Below are positions 54,546 through 64,000 of a stretch of 64,000 nt of DNA, piece after piece. The stretch covers positions 676,570 through 740,569 of the forward strand of contig CAWGMA010000004.1 of the NCBI GenBank assembly GCA_963823555.1, written 5' to 3'. The stretch comes from Candidatus Eiseniibacteriota bacterium. Lineage in GTDB: Bacteria > Eisenbacteria > RBG-16-71-46 > CAVPCR01. A program made the translations under genes and the position numbers. The stretch's first letter is position 1. Each line of letters begins with the position of its first letter. The notes below the pieces were generated by a model that did not search any database, had not been told where the DNA came from, and saw nothing but the letters and a program-made list of their open reading frames with translations.

Positions 54546-55307
54546 CTACGGCAAGCGAACGATCTTCTCGCTTGAGCTGCTTCCTGCCGCATCAATGCGC
54601 GCAAAGTAGGTCCCTGCCGCCACCCGTGTTCCTTGCCCATCCCTTCCATCCCAGCCTACGGTGTGACTCCCAGCCGGCATGGGTGCTTCGAGGAGCAGCC
54701 GGACCCTGCGTCCCTGAACATCATAGATGGCGACGGTCACTGGCGCGTCTGCCTCAAGGGTGAATGGAATGGCGGTGTTCATGTGTGACGGATTTGGCCG
54801 CGCGGTATTGTTCACGGCGGTCCCGACTGTGACATCTTCTGCGGGGACGCCGCTCACGCCCCCACCGCTGATGACAAGAGTCTTCGACGGAGTTTCGATG
54901 AAGACTTCGCTGAATGGGGTGCTGGGATCCCCGTCGAAATAGGCGATGATCTGAACATTGTCTGGCCCCTGCCAGCTGTGCGTGAACTCGATCGTTCCGG
55001 TCAGGGCGTCGACAATGTAGACGTAGATCGTACCGTCCCAATTGATGGTACATGCAAACTCAGTCATGCCATCGGCATCGAGATCGGCACCGAGATTCCG
55101 AGCCGGGAAGTTCCCCTCGAAGTCACTCGGGAATGAGTTGATGAAGGCTCCGAGGAATACATAGCCCATCGAGCCAACCGCTCTCGGCCTTTCCCAGAGC
55201 ACGGTATAGGCGGAACTCGATTGGGATATGAGCAGCCCACAGAGCAGGACGGCAAGGACCAGGAGCCGAGAGGCGTTGACTGGTCGCTGGGCGGAGACGC
55301 TTCGCAT
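54546..55307 (-). CDS. Secreted protein with FlgD-Ig CTD
   Basis: Signal peptide; DLDADG; RPNP..WDGRDGQG..AAGTYF. Confidence 0.75.
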   Translation of the reverse strand: MRSVSAQRPVNASRLLVLAVLLCGLLISQSSSAYTVLWERPRAVGSMGYVFLGAFINSFPSDFEGNFPARNLGADLDADGMTEFACTINWDGTIYVYIVDALTGTIEFTHSWQGPDNVQIIAYFDGDPSTPFSEVFIETPSKTLVISGGGVSGVPAEDVTVGTAVNNTARPNPSHMNTAIPFTLEADAPVTVAIYDVQGRRVRLLLEAPMPAGSHTVGWDGRDGQGTRVAAGTYFARIDAAGSSSSEKIVRLP

Positions 55308-55852
55308 GGGAGATCCCCTTCGTGAGAGTGTCTTGCTAGCTGACCCAGTGCGGTGATCAGGGCGGCAGATGCCGTGTCGTCGGCCATCATGGCGCTGGTC
55401 CTCGCCTGGGCAATCGGCTGATCAGCAGGATCGTCGCAGCACGTGCGGAGGCGGAGGCAATCAGAAGGAGACCCAACCCAAGATGAAGGGCGCACTCAGA
55501 CGTCGCCATCGGGAGTTCTCCGGACTCCAGGCGTTGGGGTGAGGACCCATCGATCTTACCACCACGTGAACTCCCCAAGAGGCCGCCGGCCAGGCCAGCC
55601 CTGGGTCGCCCTAGCCGGCTCACCAGCGCCAGCCAGGCGGTGCTCGTGCGTTGACCGGCGGTCCGTGGCGGCGCGCCGGGGGGGAGCCCGCTCGGCGGGT
55701 GAGATGAATGCGACGTCAGAGTCTTGCGGGAAGAAGCGCAGCTGAAGCGAGCAACTCCGATTTCGTCATGTGATTTTCGTGAAGACGGTGGCAGCTCTCC
55801 CGTTCTCATTCCCGTCTTGACTCGCCCACAGGGGTCGGCTAAGAATCGCTCG

Positions 55853-56263
55853 ATGTTCAGATCTTGCCGAGGGCTGGTTGTCCTCCTCATTCTCTGTGCC
55901 TGGGTGGGGCAGCCTCCATTGCTGCTGGGCCCCGGAGTCCACTCGGCGGACGGATCCCTCTCCGCGCCGGTCACCAGCCCAGCGGCGCCCGATTCCCCGT
56001 TCCATGGGCACGAGCATCCAGAGGGGACACCCGAGCACGAGGATCATGCGCTCAGCCCCGCGCGGGGATCTGGAGCCACCTCGGCGCGCACGGCCACCAC
56101 CCCATTCCGTTTCTCCGCTTCCCTCCGCCTCGCACTCCTGTCGCTTCGGCTCGAGCTGGTATCGCCGATGGGCCTTGCGGGGACGGGTCTTCCTCACGCC
56201 ATCCCTCCGCTGGGCCGCGATGGACCGCCGATCCACGAGACCCTCTGCTGCCTGCTGATCTGA
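55853..56263 (+). CDS. Small His-rich exported protein upstream of czcC (CzcI-like position)
   Basis: Signal-like N-terminus; HGHEH..EHEDH; ends LCCLLI*. Confidence 0.55.
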   Translation: MFRSCRGLVVLLILCAWVGQPPLLLGPGVHSADGSLSAPVTSPAAPDSPFHGHEHPEGTPEHEDHALSPARGSGATSARTATTPFRFSASLRLALLSLRLELVSPMGLAGTGLPHAIPPLGRDGPPIHETLCCLLI

Positions 56264-56484
56264 CCGACTGCGCTCCGGGAGTCGAGTCCGGTCGGAGTCC
56301 AAGGCCACCTCGTTTCCTTGGCCTGTAACCATTACGACCTGTAACCACTGCGAACAGACGGATCCCATACGGAGCGGTCGTTGCCACTCCGGACGGGCCC
56401 GGTCGCGGAAGCCGATTCGCCCGCCGCGTGAGCTGACCTGCTCGCAGCCGTGGCTGGCGATCTGGAGAGGCATAGGAGTTACTC

Positions 56485-57741
56485 ATGAAACGACGGCTCA
56501 GCGTGCCCATTGGGCTGGCCACCCTCGTGATCTTCTCGATCCGGGTGGCCGCAGCGCAGGATCCGGGTGGCGTGCTGACGCTGGAGGAAGCGGCCGCGCT
56601 CGCCCTCGAGAGAAGTCCTGAGATGGAGGTCTTCAGGGCCGAGATTCGTGCCAGCGAAGCCCGGGTGATGCAGGCGGGCCTGAGACCTAACCCCGAGGCG
56701 GCGCTTGAGCTCGAGGATTTCGCCGGGTCGGGCGCCTTCAGCGGAGCCGGTGAGATGCAATCGACGCTCGCCCTGAGCAGCGTCATCGAGCTCGGTGGTA
56801 AGCGCGCTCGCCGCAGGGAGGCGGCGAGCGCTGAGCGCGACCTCGTGGCGCAGGACTACGAGCTCAAGCGCATCGATGTCATCGCCGCGGTGACAGAGCG
56901 GTTCATCGCGGTGGTCGGCGTCCAGGAACGGCTGGCGCTCGCCCGCGAGACGACCGCGCTCGAGGAGGCGGAGCTCGAGATCGTGCGCCAGCGCGTCGAG
57001 GCCGGGAGGACGTCATCGCTCGAGGAGAGGAAGGCGGCTGTGGCCCTGGCCCGCGGCCGCCTCGAGCAGGAGCGCGCCGAGCGCGAGCTCGTGGCCGCTC
57101 GAACCTCGCTGGCGGCGACCTGGGGCGACACGGTGGCGACGTTCGATCGGGCCGATGCGGACCTCTTTGCGCTGGGGCCGGTCCCGCCCATCGACACGCT
57201 GCTGGTCCGGGCCGCCGACAGCCCCGAGGCCGTACGCTGGGCAGCCGAGAAGCAGCTTCGCGAGGCGGAGGTCCGGCTGGCCCACGCGCAGCGCGTCCCC
57301 GATCCGACGGTCGGCGCCGGTGTGCGGTGGCTCGAGGGACCGGATGAGCATTCACTGGTGGCCGGGGTGGCGGTGCCGCTCCCCTTCTTCGATCGTAACC
57401 AGGGCGGCCGGGCCGAGTCGGAGGCGTGGCAAGCGCGAAGCGAAGCTGCGCGCGGTGCAGCTGAACACCGCCGGCGAGCAGCCCTCCTCGGGTTCCATCA
57501 GGTGCTGGCCAACGCCCAGCGGGAAGTGACGACCACGCGCCAGGAGATCCTTCCCGAGGCCGAGGAGGCCCTCCGCATCGCCGACCAGGGATACCGCGAG
57601 GGCCGTTTCTCCTACCTCGATCTGGCTGACGCGCGCCGCACGGTGCTGGATCTGCGCCGCCAGCAGATTGTCGCCGCAATGGAATACCACCTGGCCGCGG
57701 TCGAGATCGAGCGTCTCACCGGTCAGCCGCTGAGACCATAA
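56485..57741 (+). CDS. czcC: Heavy-metal RND outer-membrane factor
   Basis: LTLEEA, QAGLRPNP, IELGGKR, PLPFFDRNQG, YREGRFSYLDL. Confidence 0.85.
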   Translation: MKRRLSVPIGLATLVIFSIRVAAAQDPGGVLTLEEAAALALERSPEMEVFRAEIRASEARVMQAGLRPNPEAALELEDFAGSGAFSGAGEMQSTLALSSVIELGGKRARRREAASAERDLVAQDYELKRIDVIAAVTERFIAVVGVQERLALARETTALEEAELEIVRQRVEAGRTSSLEERKAAVALARGRLEQERAERELVAARTSLAATWGDTVATFDRADADLFALGPVPPIDTLLVRAADSPEAVRWAAEKQLREAEVRLAHAQRVPDPTVGAGVRWLEGPDEHSLVAGVAVPLPFFDRNQGGRAESEAWQARSEAARGAAEHRRRAALLGFHQVLANAQREVTTTRQEILPEAEEALRIADQGYREGRFSYLDLADARRTVLDLRRQQIVAAMEYHLAAVEIERLTGQPLRP

Positions 57742-57763
57742 CCTCCTGGGGAAGAGAACGAAC

Positions 57764-59056
57764 ATGAAGACGACAAGGAGATATCGGATCGGGCGCGGCG
57801 CTGCGGTCTTGTTGCATGCCGCCTTGCTTGCCGCCGCCGTGGTCCCGCTCTCGTGCGGGAAGGAAGTGGACCCGGGCCATGATGCCCACGGGCACGGCGG
57901 AGGCGAGGCGGCGGGCGCGGGCGAGGAGTTCGAAAGGGGACCCAATGGCGGGCGCCTGCTTGCGGACGGCGGCTTCCAGGCGGAGGTGACGATCTTCGAG
58001 CGCGGCGTGCCGCCCCAGTACCGGGTCTACTTCTACCAGGACGGGAAGCCCGTCGATCCGGCGGGTGTCGCGCTTCGGATCGAGCTGCACCGCCTCGGCG
58101 AGCGCGTCGACGAGTTTCGCTTCGCCAAAGAGATGGACTACCTGGTCGGTGACAAGGTGGTGGAGGAGCCGCACTCCTTCGACGTGAAGGTGGTCGCCGA
58201 GTTCCAGGGTCAGACGCATCGGTGGGAATACGCCTCCTACGAGGGCAGAACCGAGCTCTCACCCGAGGCCGTCAAGAACTCGGGCATCGTGGTCGAGACC
58301 GCCGGACCGGCGAAGATCAAGCGGACGGTCGAGGCGTCGGGACGGATCGTCCCCAACGAGGATCATGTCAAGCACGTGATCCCGCGCTTCCCGGGCGTGA
58401 TCAAGGAGGTTCGCAAGCGTCTCGGCGACCGGGTCGCCCGCGACGAGGTGCTGGCGATCGTCGAGAGCAACGAGAGTCTCCAGCCATACGAGATCAAGAG
58501 CTCGATCGCAGGCACGGTCATCCAGCGCAACGCCACCGAGGGCGAGTACGTCCAGGAGGGGAAGACGATCTACATCGTGGCCGACCTCCGGACCGTGTGG
58601 GTCGACCTGAACATCTACCACGAGGACTTTCATGAGCTGAAGGTCGGCCAGGAGGTGACGGTCGAGACGGCCGGCGGGGATCGGGCGCGGGGCCGGGTCA
58701 TCTACATCTCGCCCCTGGGCTCCGAGAGCACCCAGACCATGCTCGCCCGGGTGCTGGTCGAGAACTCGAACGGCGACTGGCGGCCGGGTCTTTTCGTGTC
58801 CGCCGAGATCCTGGTCGATGACGTCGAGGTGCCCTGCGCGATCAGGACCAGTGCTCTGCAGACCTTCCGTGACTGGGAGGTCGTCTTCGTCAATGTGGGG
58901 GACATCTTCGAAGTGCGACCCGTTGAGCTGGGGCGCAGGCACGGTGACTGGGTCGAGGTGGTGGCCGGACTCGAGGTGGGAGAGCGCTACGCCGCCGCCA
59001 ACAGTTTCATCATCAAGGCCGACGTCGGCAAGTCGGGAGCGACGCATGATCACTAG
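57764..59056 (+). CDS. czcB: RND membrane-fusion protein
   Basis: His-rich N-terminus; PRFPGVI; VADLRTVWV; WRPGLFV; ends GATHDH*. Confidence 0.85.
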   Translation: MKTTRRYRIGRGAAVLLHAALLAAAVVPLSCGKEVDPGHDAHGHGGGEAAGAGEEFERGPNGGRLLADGGFQAEVTIFERGVPPQYRVYFYQDGKPVDPAGVALRIELHRLGERVDEFRFAKEMDYLVGDKVVEEPHSFDVKVVAEFQGQTHRWEYASYEGRTELSPEAVKNSGIVVETAGPAKIKRTVEASGRIVPNEDHVKHVIPRFPGVIKEVRKRLGDRVARDEVLAIVESNESLQPYEIKSSIAGTVIQRNATEGEYVQEGKTIYIVADLRTVWVDLNIYHEDFHELKVGQEVTVETAGGDRARGRVIYISPLGSESTQTMLARVLVENSNGDWRPGLFVSAEILVDDVEVPCAIRTSALQTFRDWEVVFVNVGDIFEVRPVELGRRHGDWVEVVAGLEVGERYAAANSFIIKADVGKSGATHDH

Positions 59057-59092
59057 CCGTGGGCAGAGCGCGTGCCGGATGAGGAGAGAGAT

Positions 59093-59434
59093 ATGAAAGA
59101 GATCAGGGCAATCATCCAGCCGCACATGCTGAGCAATGTCGTTCGCGCGCTGCACGCCCTGCCCCATTTCCCGGGGCTCACGATCACGGACGCGCGGGGA
59201 CAGGGTCGCGGGCGCGGCGCCGGCGGTTCCTTCAAGGTGACCGAGGATGACATCGACTATCACCGGAAGCTCGTGCTGACGATCGTCAGTTCGGACGATC
59301 AGGTCGAGAGCGTCACGGACGCGATCCGGCAGGCCGCCCATACCGGGCGCCAGGGTGACGGCATCATCATCGTGGGCAGTCTCGACGCGGTCCTGCGCAT
59401 CCGCTCGGGCGAGAGCCAGGACGATGCCGTCTAG
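59093..59434 (+). CDS. PII-family signal transduction protein inside the czc operon
   Basis: MKEIRAIIQP, GLT..GQGRG, HTGRQGDG, RIRSGE. Confidence 0.85.
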   Translation: MKEIRAIIQPHMLSNVVRALHALPHFPGLTITDARGQGRGRGAGGSFKVTEDDIDYHRKLVLTIVSSDDQVESVTDAIRQAAHTGRQGDGIIIVGSLDAVLRIRSGESQDDAV

Positions 59435-59443
59435 GAGGTCTTC

Positions 59444-63096
<3,653 letters not shown>

Positions 63097-63385
63097 GGCG
63101 TCTCCTCCGGGGGGTGCTCTGGCGCGGTTTCCGGGACCGGGGCAGAGGGGGCCATGTCTTCCGATTGGTCCTCATCAGCATACTGGCTCGGATGTGCCCG
63201 CGCCAGCTGCAGGCTTGCGCCGGGCGCAGCACCTCGGCTACTGTCCGGCCGCGTGCGCTGGTCCCGGATCGCAGCTGTTGGTCATTGCATCATCGTCCCC
63301 TGTCGGTTCCCGCAGCATCGGGACCAGCCAGACTGCGGAATACTAGCGTCCAGGCTTCCACAGGAATGAGATTGGGAGGTATGCA

Positions 63386-63996
63386 ATGATCGCCTCGAGT
63401 GCATGCGCGTCGACGAAGCACATCATCCTTCCCGTCGCTGTTCTGGGGGTCATCCTCTCGATGCTCTCCATCAGCCTGCCGGGGAGCGCCGCGGCCGACC
63501 TGCCCCCGCTTCCGACTCTGAGCGCAGCGTTGCGCAGTGCGGGCGGGCCGGTAGTTCCAGCGGCATGGGCTGGAGTCTGGGCCACCACCGATTCGGTGCA
63601 CCTCTGCTCCGACCCGACCATCCTCTTCACCGACTCGGGGCTCGATACCCTCTGCACCGGGGATCCGATCCAGGATGAGCAGGGCGGTATCACACTGAGC
63701 TGCAGCGGGACGGTCGACGACACCAGCGTGGACATCACCTGCACTGGGTCCAAGAACTCAGCCCGGGATGCACGGTCAATTACGAGACGACCATCGTCGC
63801 CACCCGGAACGGGGACAGCTATTCAGGTGCGCTCACGGTCAATGCCACGTTTACCCCTCCGCTTTGTGACGGCAGTCCCGATATCTGTATCGTCACGGAG
63901 TCAACCGGCACCCGGGTGGGACCGGAACCTCCGGATTGCCTCTCACCTGTCGAGGAAGGAACGTGGGGGAGGGTGAAGGCGGCCTACTATCGGTGA
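63386..63996 (+). CDS. Secreted Cys-containing protein ending in TWGRVKAAYYR (frameshift near 63760)
   Basis: Signal peptide; WAGVW; after the frameshift ..CLSPVEEGTWGRVKAAYYR*. Confidence 0.7.
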
Positions 63997-64000
63997 TCTG

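Overview
GC-rich bacterial DNA, probably from a long-read metagenomic contig. Single-base indels are dense at about 2-5, 7.5-10.7, 12-25, 28.6-30.6 and 59.5-62.5 kb, and I treat them as sequencing errors, so coordinates of frameshifted genes are approximate. Many secreted proteins carry FlgD-Ig/T9SS-like C-terminal domains (CTDs), which suggests an FCB-group candidate phylum such as Eisenbacteria, Latescibacterota or Krumholzibacteriota (inference). Contents in order: (1) a Grs-like B12/radical-SAM gene and a GT4-fusion/GH130 pair; (2) a ~21 kb SusCD-less beta-1,3-glucan utilisation locus (GH149-like phosphorylase, two GH16, GH1, a GH2/GH158-like TIM barrel fused to a probable outer-membrane barrel, an Opp-type ABC transporter, a ROK repressor and three matching operators next to sigma70 promoters); (3) DUF3300/DUF2950 genes; (4) an accessory tract of secreted proteins with a segmental duplication, three variable TolB-like lipoproteins and several orphan C-terminal tails; (5) a stand-alone PrdB/GrdB-like selenoprotein (in-frame UGA, UxxC, SECIS-like hairpin), a methionine gamma-lyase-like enzyme, a DPS-like ferritin, a PerR remnant and a REC-thioredoxin reductase/histidine kinase pair; (6) a czcCBA operon with an embedded PII protein, cut at a junction near 62552. 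The strongest candidate for an undescribed system is a short C-terminal (S/T)WGx(I/V)K motif, found six times, that swaps with the FlgD-type CTD on the same passenger domain and may be a second sorting signal. All family calls come from recognising motifs by eye; no database searches were run.
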